Assembly (NCBI GenBank): GCA_965215335.1
Contig: CBDCDA010000001.1
Span: 1,504,001-1,568,000, forward strand
DNA length: 64,000 bases
Direction: 5' to 3'
DNA from: an uncultured Candidatus Entotheonella sp.
GTDB taxonomy: Bacteria > Tectomicrobia > Entotheonellia > Entotheonellales > Entotheonellaceae
The number at the start of each line of letters is the position of its first letter. Position 1 is the stretch's first letter. Positions 41,094-50,519 of this stretch are shown here, piece after piece. The notes beneath the pieces were generated by a model. It worked only from the letters and a program-made list of their open reading frames with translations, was not told the origin of the DNA and did no database searches. The translations under genes were made by a program, and so were the position numbers.

Positions 41094-41180
41094 GCAAACG
41101 CGTTGCGAATTGCACGTAGGCAGTGGTTAGCTACAACCGAACCCTGGTGCAAGACGAGCCTTGACAGTAAGGAGATAGGC

Positions 41181-42587
41181 ATGGCTGACGACAGACTCGC
41201 ACTCCTGGCGCACCTGCTGCGGCGCGCCGGATTCGGCGCCACGCGCGCCGAGTTGGAGGCGTATGACGGCATGAACTATGCCGACGTGGTGGAAGCGCTG
41301 CTGCACCCGGAGCAGGTCCCCGACGTTGAGGAAGACGTCGTGTGCCGCTACTACTCCATGGCCAGCATCATGGACGACTCCCCCGTGCTCTGGCAGGGGC
41401 GCTGGCTCTATCGCATGATCAACACGAAACGCCCGCTACAGGAAAAAATGGCCCTCTTCTGGCACGGCGTCTTCGCCACCGGCTGGCACAAGAGCGAACA
41501 CACCCCCAGCGTCGCATTGCAGATCGACACCTTCCGCCACAACTGCCTCTCCGACATGGAAACCGTCCTGCTCGACCTGTCTCGCGATCCCGCCATGCTG
41601 GATTGGCTGGACAACACCCAGAATCACAAGGATACCCCGAACGAGAACTACGGGCGCGAAATCCTCGAGCTGTTTTCCATGGGCGTCGGCAACTACACCG
41701 AACAGGACATCAAGAACGCGGCGCGGGCCTTCACCGGCTGGACCGCCACGCAACCCATCCCGCTGTATCCGAACGGCTGCAACCCCGCGTCGTTCGCCTT
41801 CCGCGAGGACGACCACGACGATGGCGTCAAGACCTTCCTGGGTGAAACCGGGAACTTCAACGGCGACGACATCGTGCGCATCATCGTCAAGCAGCCCGCC
41901 ACGGCGCGCTTCATCTCCCGCCATCTGTACAACTTCTTCGTCGCCGACGAGCCGCAGGTACCGGCGTGGAACAACGTGCCGCCCCAGGATCCGCCGTGCA
42001 TCGAGGCGCTGGAGCAGGCGTACTTCGATTCCGGTGGCAACCTGCGCGCCATGCTGCGCGTGCTGTTCAACTCGGAGGCGTTCAAGGCGGCGCGATTCCG
42101 CAAGGTGAAGAGCCCCGTGGAGCTGGTGGTCAGCGCCGTAAAGCTCGCCGGTTCGCACAGCTTCCCCGAACCCGGTCTGTTGAACCTGGCGGTGGCGACC
42201 TCGGCCATGGGGCAGGCGCTGATGAATCCGCCGACCGTGGAAGGCTGGCACACCGGCAAGGAATGGATCGACGGCGGCACCCTGAACGAGCGGGTCAATT
42301 TCGCCGTGAACGAATTGACCGACGGCGACCGGCCGGGTGTGCAGCGGGTCGTCGAATGCCTCGGCGCCATGGGCGACACCTTGTCGCCCATGGCGTGCGT
42401 GGATGGCTGCCTGGACCTGGTCGGGCCGCTGAGCGTGGCCGTGCCGACCCGTCAGGCGCTGATCAACGCAATGGCGGTCGGCGGTGACGTGGCCCTGGAT
42501 ACCGACGACGCGCGTCAGGCGAACGCCGGGCGGATTGCCCGACTGTTGCAGCTCATCGTGGCGACGCGCGAATTCCAGTTTGCATAG
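41181..42587 (+). CDS. DUF1800 family protein
   Basis: AHLLRRAGFG, LQEKMALFWH, NENYGREILELFSMG, ARAFTGW, HD.G.KT, KSPVE; AAGGAG RBS. Confidence 0.88.
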   Translation: MADDRLALLAHLLRRAGFGATRAELEAYDGMNYADVVEALLHPEQVPDVEEDVVCRYYSMASIMDDSPVLWQGRWLYRMINTKRPLQEKMALFWHGVFATGWHKSEHTPSVALQIDTFRHNCLSDMETVLLDLSRDPAMLDWLDNTQNHKDTPNENYGREILELFSMGVGNYTEQDIKNAARAFTGWTATQPIPLYPNGCNPASFAFREDDHDDGVKTFLGETGNFNGDDIVRIIVKQPATARFISRHLYNFFVADEPQVPAWNNVPPQDPPCIEALEQAYFDSGGNLRAMLRVLFNSEAFKAARFRKVKSPVELVVSAVKLAGSHSFPEPGLLNLAVATSAMGQALMNPPTVEGWHTGKEWIDGGTLNERVNFAVNELTDGDRPGVQRVVECLGAMGDTLSPMACVDGCLDLVGPLSVAVPTRQALINAMAVGGDVALDTDDARQANAGRIARLLQLIVATREFQFA

Positions 42588-42602
42588 CGACTCTAGCGAC
42601 TC
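42585..42602 (+). repeat. 9-nt tandem duplication TAGCGACTC x2 containing the DUF1800 stop codon
   Basis: TAGCGACTC TAGCGACTC. Confidence 0.8.
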
Positions 42603-42618
42603 TAAGGAGAGCCAAAGT

Positions 42619-43761
42619 ATGGCAGGAAACGGTAAAGTACCCGTGTTGGTGGTCGTGCAGTTGTCGGGTGGCAATGACTTCATGAACACCATCATTCCCT
42701 GCACCAACGGCACCTACTACGACGCCCGACCGACGCTCGGCGTGCCGCAGGAGCAGGTTCTGCCGTTGAACGACGCCCTCGGCTTTCACCCCAACGCCGA
42801 GGCGCTGAAGGACCTGTACGACGAGGGCGTGGTGGCCGTCGTGCAGGGCATCGGCTACCCGGATTCCAACCGTTCGCACTTCCGCGGCATGGACATCTGG
42901 CACACCTGCGAGCCGGACCGCCTGGTGCTCGAAGGCTGGCTTGGCAAGGTGCTGCGGGAGCTCGACCCGGACAAGGAAAACGTCCTGACCGGCGTCAGCT
43001 TCGGACGCGGCCTGCCGCGCGCCATGACGGCCGCCGGGGTGCCGGTGACGTCGGTTGCCGACCTCGACACCTACGGCCTCATGGGCGGCATCGGCGAAGC
43101 GGCGGAGCGCCAGGCAGCGCTGCAGAGCTTCAAGACCATGTACGCTCCCAACACGGACGGCGGCGCGGTGATGGATTACCTGGCGCAGACTGGCCTCGAC
43201 GTGCTGACCGGCGCCGACATCATCAAGCAGGCGCCGGCGATGTACAAGTCCACCGTGCAGTACGCCAACAACCCGATCGCCAAGAGCCTGCGCGATGTTG
43301 CCCGTGTGCACACCGCCGGCCTGGGCACGCGCATTTTCTACACCCAGCATGGCGGCTACGACACCCACGCCACGCAGGCGGCGGTGCACCCGCGGCTGCT
43401 GAGCGAGCTCACCGGTGCGCTGCGCGATTTCATGCAGGACCTGCGCGAGCACGACGCCTCGGACGAGGTGGCGATTCTGGTGTTTACCGAGTTCGGCCGG
43501 CGCATCAAGGACAACGCCAGCGGCACCGATCACGGCTCCGGCGGCGGCGCCTTCATCATCGGCGACCGGGTGGCGGGTGGCCTGTACGCCGAATACCCGC
43601 CGCTGGAACCGGCGCAGTGGCTGTACGGTGAAGACATGCGCCACACCATCGACTTCCGCGGCATCTACGCCACCATGCTGGAGCAGTGGATGGGCATGGA
43701 CGCAGCCGAATTCGTCGGCGGCACCTTCGAGCAGTTGAAACCGTTCAAAGGCGGTGATTAG
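42619..43761 (+). CDS. DUF1501 family protein lacking a signal peptide
   Basis: VVQLSGGND, RSHF, GGYDTH, TEFGR, GTDHG; AAGGAG RBS. Confidence 0.88.
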   Translation: MAGNGKVPVLVVVQLSGGNDFMNTIIPCTNGTYYDARPTLGVPQEQVLPLNDALGFHPNAEALKDLYDEGVVAVVQGIGYPDSNRSHFRGMDIWHTCEPDRLVLEGWLGKVLRELDPDKENVLTGVSFGRGLPRAMTAAGVPVTSVADLDTYGLMGGIGEAAERQAALQSFKTMYAPNTDGGAVMDYLAQTGLDVLTGADIIKQAPAMYKSTVQYANNPIAKSLRDVARVHTAGLGTRIFYTQHGGYDTHATQAAVHPRLLSELTGALRDFMQDLREHDASDEVAILVFTEFGRRIKDNASGTDHGSGGGAFIIGDRVAGGLYAEYPPLEPAQWLYGEDMRHTIDFRGIYATMLEQWMGMDAAEFVGGTFEQLKPFKGGD

Positions 43762-43848
43762 TGAGTGGTGTCCAGTGACTGGTGTTTTCGTGACCGCTCA
43801 GGTGGCGACTGTTTGCCGGTCCCTGATCACAGGTCGCTGGCCACTGAC
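43753..43848. repeat. Inverted pair of degenerate heptamer tandem arrays
   Basis: GATTAGT GAGTGGT GTCCAGT GACTGGT ... GCCGGTC CCTGATC ACAGGTC GCTGGCC ACTGAC. Confidence 0.6.
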
Positions 43849-43862
43849 AAAAGGAGTCGAGA

Positions 43863-44876
43863 ATGCCGAGAGCATACGCATTACTTCGTGCCGGGTTCCC
43901 TTACGTCAAGAGCCTCGGCATGCGTCGCGTCACCTCGAACCCGGTCGATCTGGCGATCGGCCGTGAAGGACGACTGTACGTCCTGTGCCGCGGCTCGCTG
44001 ACCGTCGATATCCGCCGTCTCACCTGGGACGACGAGGATCTCGACGTCATCAGCGGTCCGGGCGACGCCGATGGCAAGCTGCTGTGGCCGGCGAACATCC
44101 TGCTGGATGGCGATGACATGCTGTACGTCTCCGACGAGGGACGCCACTGCATCTCGATGTTCAGCACCGCCGGCGACTACCTGGGCAAGTGGGGCGAGCC
44201 CGGCGCTGGCGCCGGGCAGTTCAACCGCCCGTCGGGCATGGCCTTCGACCCCGAGGGCAATCTGTACGTGGTCGATACGCTGAACCACCGCATCCAGCAG
44301 TACAGTAAAGACGGCGGCTTCCGCAAGCAATGGGGCAGCTTCGGCAGCGGCACGGGCGAGTTCAACATGCCGTGGGGCATCACGGTGGATGACGAGGGTT
44401 CGGTGTACGTCGTCGACTGGCGCAACGATCGCGTGCAGAAGTTCGACACCGACGGCGGCTTTATCGCCATGTTCGGCTCACCGGGCAGCGACGACGGGCA
44501 GTTCAACCGGCCTACTGGCATTGCCGTTGATGGGCACGGCGACATCTACGTGGCCGATTGGGGCAACAACCGCGTGCAATTGTTCGACGCGAACGGCAGG
44601 TACGTCGAGAAGTTCCACGGCGACGCGACGCTGTCGAAGATGGGCCGGGCCTACGTCCTGGCCAACCCCAAGCCCCTGCGTCAGCGCGAGATGGCCGACC
44701 TCGAGCCGCAGAAGCGCTTCCGCGGCCCCGCCTCCGTGCGGCTCGATGGCGAGGGGCGCATGTACGTCGCGGATTGTGGTCCGCACCGCATCCAGGTGTA
44801 CCAGAAGGACGCCGTGGAGTTGACCCCGGATCAGATCATTCCTCCCCAGAACGCCCCGTCGTTCTCCGTTGCCTGA
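43863..44876 (+). CDS. NHL-repeat beta-propeller protein
   Basis: Repeated GQFNRP.G.A.D..G..YV.D..N.R.Q.F units; AAGGAG RBS. Confidence 0.92.
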   Translation: MPRAYALLRAGFPYVKSLGMRRVTSNPVDLAIGREGRLYVLCRGSLTVDIRRLTWDDEDLDVISGPGDADGKLLWPANILLDGDDMLYVSDEGRHCISMFSTAGDYLGKWGEPGAGAGQFNRPSGMAFDPEGNLYVVDTLNHRIQQYSKDGGFRKQWGSFGSGTGEFNMPWGITVDDEGSVYVVDWRNDRVQKFDTDGGFIAMFGSPGSDDGQFNRPTGIAVDGHGDIYVADWGNNRVQLFDANGRYVEKFHGDATLSKMGRAYVLANPKPLRQREMADLEPQKRFRGPASVRLDGEGRMYVADCGPHRIQVYQKDAVELTPDQIIPPQNAPSFSVA

Positions 44877-44893
44877 GGCCAGCGGGTGGGTGC

Positions 44894-45940
44894 TCAAGCC
44901 CGTCCTGCGCTGCTTTCACCGACCCGCCACGCCGCCACCAGCGCCACAAACGCAGCGAAAAACAGGAATTCTCGCAGCGGAAACAGATAGGTGTACGGCC
45001 GCTGGCTGCGTACGCCCTGCTCCTGAATGATGCCCTGCAGCGCCGCCGCCAGCTCGCCGCGCTCGGCGAAGGTGTGATAGGCGCCGCCGGTCTTGTCGGC
45101 GATGAAGCGCAGGGTTTCCGTGTTGAGGGCGGTGGTGACGGGCTGTTGGTGGTCGTCGAGCAGATAGCCGACCGGTGATTGGTCGTCCGGGATGTAAGCC
45201 GGGATGGCGGCGCCGATGCCGATGGTGAAGACGGGAACCGGGCTTTCGTTGCGCTCGTTGATCGCCTTGCGCAGGTCGTCGCTGATCGGCTCGTCGCCGT
45301 CGCTGATGAGGATGATCGAGGTGACCGGCGGCCGCGCGCCGCCGTTGTCGGCGTGCAGTTGCATGAAGGCGTCGGCGAGATTGAAGCCTTCCTGGAGGGC
45401 CAGGGCGATGTCGGTGCCTTGTTTGTAGAAGAAATCGCGCTGCAGGCGCCGCACCTTGGCGACCAGCTCGCCGTGGTCGTCGCTGAAGCCGCTGGTGATC
45501 GGGATGGCGTATTCGGAGAACGGCACGAAGCTGACTTTGACCCCCGGCGGCAGGTTGGACAGGAAACCGAGGATGTTCTGGCGGGTTTCGACGAAGCGGC
45601 TGGGGGCGCTCATCTCGTCGGGATCGCGCGGTGCCTCCATGCTGCGGGAGAAATCCATCATGACCACCAGGGCCACGTTCTCCCAGAAGGGCTCCCACGC
45701 CGTGCGCTGCAGCATGGGCGAGGCGAACCCGACCACGCTGAGGGTGAAGCCGAGCAGGAACAGCGCGGCGCTGAGGTAGTGGCGGGCGACGGCGGGCGGC
45801 ATGCTCTGCGCCCGCGTGTAGGGCAATTGGCTCCAGGCCTCGCGGAAAGCCGTCTTCTGCCGCCACAGTGTCCCGAACAGATACGCCAGCCCAGGCACCA
45901 CCAGCAAGCCGGTCAGAACCCACGGATAGTCCCACTGCAT
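44894..45940 (-). CDS. Membrane-anchored vWA-domain protein (BatA/BatB/MxaL-like layout)
   Basis: Two N-terminal TMs, MIDAS DFSRS, QGTD, ISDGD, GIG, C-terminal TM. Confidence 0.85.
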   Translation of the reverse strand: MQWDYPWVLTGLLVVPGLAYLFGTLWRQKTAFREAWSQLPYTRAQSMPPAVARHYLSAALFLLGFTLSVVGFASPMLQRTAWEPFWENVALVVMMDFSRSMEAPRDPDEMSAPSRFVETRQNILGFLSNLPPGVKVSFVPFSEYAIPITSGFSDDHGELVAKVRRLQRDFFYKQGTDIALALQEGFNLADAFMQLHADNGGARPPVTSIILISDGDEPISDDLRKAINERNESPVPVFTIGIGAAIPAYIPDDQSPVGYLLDDHQQPVTTALNTETLRFIADKTGGAYHTFAERGELAAALQGIIQEQGVRSQRPYTYLFPLREFLFFAAFVALVAAWRVGESSAGRA

Positions 45941-45941
45941 G

Positions 45942-46901
45942 TCAGTGCGTGCCACCCTCGCCACCGGAATCGGCGCTACCCTTGCCGCTGCGGTCGCGCT
46001 CGTTTTCGCGCCGGGCCGAGTTGGGGCTCTGGTTGAGGAGGAATTCGCGCATGCTGCTTTCCGAACGGGACAGCGCCTGCGAGTCGGTCGCACGCAGGAT
46101 TTCGCCGAGCGGCGCCACGTCCGGCTCGAACTCGGTGTCGCGGAAGAACTGCGCCAAGCGGCGGCGCTCGTCCGCCTCCACGTCCGGGCGTCGTTCAAAG
46201 CGGGTCAACGCCTCTAGCAGCAGCACGAGGCTGCGCTCCTCCGCAGACGAGACGCGCACCGCGTCGGTGTACAGGGCGTCGAGGGCTTCTTGAAGCAGCT
46301 TGATGGCGCGCATCAGGCCCTGTTTCAAGCCCGCCTGATCGCGCTGCTCTTCGCCCAGAAAGCCCCGTACCAGAAAGAGTTGTGTCATGGCCCGGGCGCC
46401 GTTGGCGCGGGCGCTGAACTGCCGATGCGGGTCCTCGGCGAGCGCCTGCGCGTCCTTGTATTGTGCCACCGCGGCGCTGAATTGCTCCTTCACGGCGTCC
46501 AGGCTCGGCGCTGCAGCCGCAGCGCCGCCGTTACGCGCGTCTCCCGAATCAGCCGCCAAGCGCGCCCGGGCATATAGGCCCAGCAGGCGCTCGCCTTCAC
46601 GGTATGCCATCTCGGCGAGGCGTAACCGGATGTCGGTGCGCTGGCTGAAGCCCAGGCACGACAACGCATTCAGCAGCGGCCCCTGCGGAATACCCCAGAA
46701 CGTCTCCCCATACTGCGTCTCGGCAACCCGCAAGGCGGACACCGCCGCGGCGGTGTCGCCCGCTGCGGCCAGGGCCGCGGCTCGTTCCAGGCTGTCGCCG
46801 TGCCGCGCCGCCACGGTTCCTGCCAGGCACAGCAGAGCACCCAGCACCATGATTCCCAGGCCGCCCAGCAGCCATGCAACTTTATGTTTCATATCGGACA
46901 T
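45942..46901 (-). CDS. Membrane-anchored alpha-helical (TPR-like) hypothetical protein
   Basis: N-terminal TM, Ala/Leu-rich helices, polar low-complexity tail; ends 1 nt before the vWA start. Confidence 0.7.
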   Translation of the reverse strand: MSDMKHKVAWLLGGLGIMVLGALLCLAGTVAARHGDSLERAAALAAAGDTAAAVSALRVAETQYGETFWGIPQGPLLNALSCLGFSQRTDIRLRLAEMAYREGERLLGLYARARLAADSGDARNGGAAAAAPSLDAVKEQFSAAVAQYKDAQALAEDPHRQFSARANGARAMTQLFLVRGFLGEEQRDQAGLKQGLMRAIKLLQEALDALYTDAVRVSSAEERSLVLLLEALTRFERRPDVEADERRRLAQFFRDTEFEPDVAPLGEILRATDSQALSRSESSMREFLLNQSPNSARRENERDRSGKGSADSGGEGGTH

Positions 46902-46957
46902 GAATAAAGGTCCTTCCAGGAGTCGGGGCTCGTTGGGCCAGGCTTGTTGGCCACAGT

Positions 46958-47911
46958 CTAATCCGTCACCTCCAGCCGCTCGTTCGCGGTCTGCTCTTCG
47001 GGGACAGGAGGCCAGATGAGGGAGGCGAGGACGGAGAGAAACAGGAGGGCGGCGACCACGGTGAGCGCCCAGTGGACGGGGATTTTGTAGAAGTCGGCGA
47101 TGACCATCTTGATGCCGATGAAGACGAGGACGAAGGAGAGACCATATTTGAGGTAATGAAAAAAGCCCATGACGCCGGCAAGGGCGAAATAAAGGGCGCG
47201 CAGGCCGAGGATGGCGAAGATGTTGGAGGTGTACACGATGAACGGGTCGGTGGTGACGGCGAAAATGGCCGGGATGGAGTCGAGGGCAAAGACCACGTCG
47301 GTGGCTTCCACGACCAGCACCACGACGAACAGCGGCGTGGCGAGGAGGCGTCCGTCGAGCCGCACGAAGAACTTCGATTCGTGGTAGGACGTGGTAACCG
47401 GGAAGAAGCGGGTGAACAATCGCACCAGCGGGTTCTTGTCCGGGTGAATTTCCTCGTCGCCCTGCATCGCCATACGCACCCCGGTGATGACCAGAAAGCC
47501 GCCGAAGACATAAAGAATCCAATGGAAGTGATGGATCAGCGTGACGCCCACGGCGATCATGGTGGCGCGCATGATCAGGGCGCCCAGGATGCCCCAGAAC
47601 AACACCTTGTGCTGGTAGGGGCGGGGCACACCGAAATACGAGAAGATGAGCAGGAAGACGAACAGGTTGTCGACGCTGAGGGACTTTTCGAGCAGATAGC
47701 CGGTGAAAAACATCAGCGCCGGCTCCGGCCCTTCCATGACGTACAGGCCGGCATTGAACACCAGGGCCAGCGTGATCCACAGCGCGCTCCACAGCAACGC
47801 CTCGCGGACCCCGACGACGTGCTGGCGGCGATGAAACACACCCAAGTCCAGCGCCAGCATGACCAAAACGAAGATGTTGAACGCCACCCATACCGATATG
47901 TCCTGTGACAT
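46958..47911 (-). CDS. TerC/Alx family metal homeostasis membrane protein
   Basis: EKSLSVDNLFVF, FWGILGALIMR, ATPLF, DVVFALDSIPA, SNIFAILGLR. Confidence 0.95.
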   Translation of the reverse strand: MSQDISVWVAFNIFVLVMLALDLGVFHRRQHVVGVREALLWSALWITLALVFNAGLYVMEGPEPALMFFTGYLLEKSLSVDNLFVFLLIFSYFGVPRPYQHKVLFWGILGALIMRATMIAVGVTLIHHFHWILYVFGGFLVITGVRMAMQGDEEIHPDKNPLVRLFTRFFPVTTSYHESKFFVRLDGRLLATPLFVVVLVVEATDVVFALDSIPAIFAVTTDPFIVYTSNIFAILGLRALYFALAGVMGFFHYLKYGLSFVLVFIGIKMVIADFYKIPVHWALTVVAALLFLSVLASLIWPPVPEEQTANERLEVTD

Positions 47912-48141
47912 CAATCGCCCTCTTGATCTGTCGAAATCCTGCCTCTGCGTTGTCATAAGTGAATCCGACGTTACACTATACGCATAGCCGGAACATTCCA
48001 CAACCGCGAGTGGACAGGCCGCGGGGATGAGTCGAATGATGCCCCGCTGTCTGGACGCTGTGAGAATGGGTTGCTAGGATGCCGCGCGTCTCGGCCTTCT
48101 GTCACCATTGTCTTCACGTAAATGAGGGAACGAACCCGCCC

Positions 48142-49503
48142 ATGTCGAAACCCGATATGTTGCAAGCCATGATGACGTCGCTCGGCCCGTCCTGCATCCG
48201 CACGGACGAAGCGGTGCTGACCTTGCTGGCGCACGATGCCATGCACCCGTCGCGGCTGCCGGCCGGTACCGAGTCGGCGCGGCCCCTGTGTGTCGTGAGT
48301 CCCCGGAGTACGGCGGAGGTGCAGGCGGTGGTGCGGCTGGCCAATGTGCACCGGGTGCCGGTGACCCCACTGGGCGGCGGCAGCGGCTTGATGGGCGGGG
48401 CGGCGTCAGTGACGCCGGGCGTGGTGCTCGACCTGTGCCGGCTGACGGCGGTCCGTATCCGTCCTGTGGATCGCATGGCGGAGGCCGGCGCCGGGGCGAC
48501 GCTTGCGGAATTGAACGCGGCTGCCAAGCCCCACGGTCTGATGTGCGGGCACGATCCGTGGACGGTTTCCGTGGCCACGGTGGGCGGTACGATCGCCACC
48601 AACAGCCTGGGCTATCTCGGCGGCAAGTACGGCGCCATGGGCGATCAGGTCTTGGGGCTGGAAGCGATCCTGCCGACCGGCGAGATCATGACTACGCGCG
48701 CGGTAGAGAAAGCTTCCACCGGTCCGGACCTGCACCGCCTGCTCATCGGCGCCGAGGGCTGCTTCGGCGTGGTCACGCGCGCTACCCTGCGGCTGTTTCC
48801 CGTCCCTCAGACACGGCTGCTGGCGGGTTGGGCGTTTGACGATTTCGCCGCCGGGTTCGAGGCGATCAACGCATTGCTGCAAGCGGGTGTCCGGCCTGGG
48901 CTGCTCGACTACAGCGATGACGACCCGAACACCGGCCGTGATCCGCCGACGGCTTTGTACGTCAGTTACGAAGGGCCGGAGGCCGTTGCCCGCGCCGAGG
49001 CGCAGGCGGGGCGAGAGGTCTGTCTGCAAAGCGGTGGCCAGGCGCTTGATCCGTCCGAAGTGCAACACTTCTGGGATCAGCGGCACGCCAGCGGGGATGC
49101 GTACGCCAGGGCGCGCCGAGCCGGGGAGCGCCGCGGCCGGCCGGAGATCGATTACGTGCACGTGGCGCTGCCGCCGAGCGCGGTACTCGCATACCGGCGC
49201 GCGAGCTTGAAGCTGCTGGCGTCGCGGGGCTTGCGCATCCACCAGACCGGGCTGTGGGCGCACGCCGGGCTGTTTTCGCTGGTCTACTCCGGCGGCGACG
49301 TGACAGCCATGGCCAAGGCGCACGCGCGGTTGCTGGCGTTGGCGCAGGATGCGGACGGCGCGATGGAGTATTGCCATGGGGCGGGGCTGCGTTTGGCGCC
49401 GCTCATGCGCCGGGAGCACGGCAGCGGGCTGTCGGTCCTGCGGCGCCTGAAGAGGGATCTGGATCCGAACGGCATCATGAATCCGGGGAAACTGGGCTTG
49501 TAG
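48142..49503 (+). CDS. FAD-linked oxidoreductase (VAO/PCMH family)
   Basis: GGGSGLMGG, ATVGG, GAEG.FG, YCHGAG, LDPNGIMNPGK. Confidence 0.9.
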   Translation: MSKPDMLQAMMTSLGPSCIRTDEAVLTLLAHDAMHPSRLPAGTESARPLCVVSPRSTAEVQAVVRLANVHRVPVTPLGGGSGLMGGAASVTPGVVLDLCRLTAVRIRPVDRMAEAGAGATLAELNAAAKPHGLMCGHDPWTVSVATVGGTIATNSLGYLGGKYGAMGDQVLGLEAILPTGEIMTTRAVEKASTGPDLHRLLIGAEGCFGVVTRATLRLFPVPQTRLLAGWAFDDFAAGFEAINALLQAGVRPGLLDYSDDDPNTGRDPPTALYVSYEGPEAVARAEAQAGREVCLQSGGQALDPSEVQHFWDQRHASGDAYARARRAGERRGRPEIDYVHVALPPSAVLAYRRASLKLLASRGLRIHQTGLWAHAGLFSLVYSGGDVTAMAKAHARLLALAQDADGAMEYCHGAGLRLAPLMRREHGSGLSVLRRLKRDLDPNGIMNPGKLGL

Positions 49504-49619
49504 GATCAGACCGGGTTTCCGACGTTGCTTCACGGGATGCAAGCCGCTATGCTTGACCACACCCCTCGCACTGAGCTTTCGGCTTATCATCACAACAACA
49601 CTGACGACGAGGCGCGATC

Positions 49620-50519
49620 ATGAACAGATTGGCCTTGACCCACACGCCCGCCCTCCGGGCGCCCTACCTGCTCGCCGGTTTCGGCGGCTGGGCCAACGGC
49701 GGCGAGGTGTCCACCGACGTGGTGGAGTTCCTGCAATCCAGCTTGGCAATGGAGCACCTGGGCGAGATTGTCTCCGACGGCCTCTATATTTACGCCTCGC
49801 CTACGCTGGCCAGCCGGCCAGCGACGGTCATCCGCCAGGGCCTGATCGAGTCCATGCGTTTCCCGTCCAATACGTTGTACGGCTGGCACTGCCCGCAGGA
49901 CGCTGAGCACGACTTCATCCTGTTGCAGGGCGTGGAGCCCGACCTGCACTGGCAGGAATACATGGCGGCCATCGTCGCCTGCGTGGAGCGCTTTCAGGTG
50001 CTGCGGGTGTACACCATCGGCGGCTATCTCGACCACACGCCTCATACCCGCACGCCGCGCGTTTCGGCGGTGGTCACCGACGACGCCCTGCGCTCGGAAC
50101 TCATGGCGTACGACGTGGAACTCACCGACTACGAGGGACCGACCGGCATCCAGTCCTACTTGCTGGCCACCTGCCAGGAGCGCGGCATCGAGGGCGTCAG
50201 CCTGTGGGGCGGCACGCCGACCTACATCGAGGGCAGCTATCCGCACGTCGCCCAGGCCATGCTGCACCTGCTGCGCCGCATGTGGGGCCTGTCCATCGAT
50301 CTGCAGCCGATCGAGGAGCACGCTGCCGAACTCGACGATGCCTTGCACGCACAGATGGACAACCACCCCGACCTGGCGGATTACGTCAAGCGCCTCGAAC
50401 AGGCCTACGACACCGCCCGCAGCGAGCAGCCGGAAGTAGACACGGACGTCATCGTGGACGAAATTCAGCAATTTTTGCGCCAGCGCCGCCAAGGCCCCGG
50501 TGCCGGTGGCGCCGCGTAG
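49620..50519 (+). CDS. PAC2 family protein (proteasome assembly chaperone homolog)
   Basis: GF.GWANGG, G.EP.L.W, TPHTR, YEGPTGI, P.Y, YVKRLE, EIQQFLR. Confidence 0.85.
   Translation: MNRLALTHTPALRAPYLLAGFGGWANGGEVSTDVVEFLQSSLAMEHLGEIVSDGLYIYASPTLASRPATVIRQGLIESMRFPSNTLYGWHCPQDAEHDFILLQGVEPDLHWQEYMAAIVACVERFQVLRVYTIGGYLDHTPHTRTPRVSAVVTDDALRSELMAYDVELTDYEGPTGIQSYLLATCQERGIEGVSLWGGTPTYIEGSYPHVAQAMLHLLRRMWGLSIDLQPIEEHAAELDDALHAQMDNHPDLADYVKRLEQAYDTARSEQPEVDTDVIVDEIQQFLRQRRQGPGAGGAA

Noticed and set aside
40929..41180. Poly-proline N-terminal extension of DUF1800 through the C18 tract
   Set aside because: A strong RBS and the family-typical start are at 41181; the extension is probably an ORF-calling artefact
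43753..43848. Possible CRISPR array
   Set aside because: Units are 7 nt without unique spacers, and no cas genes are in the window
46902..47891. 649-aa version of the ORF ending at 45942
   Set aside because: The extension is an alternate frame over terC; the likely start is 46901 or 46892
47912..48080. yybP-ykoY Mn riboswitch expected upstream of terC
   Set aside because: No GGGGAGUAG-type core seen; only a short GCGGGG/CCCCGC hairpin
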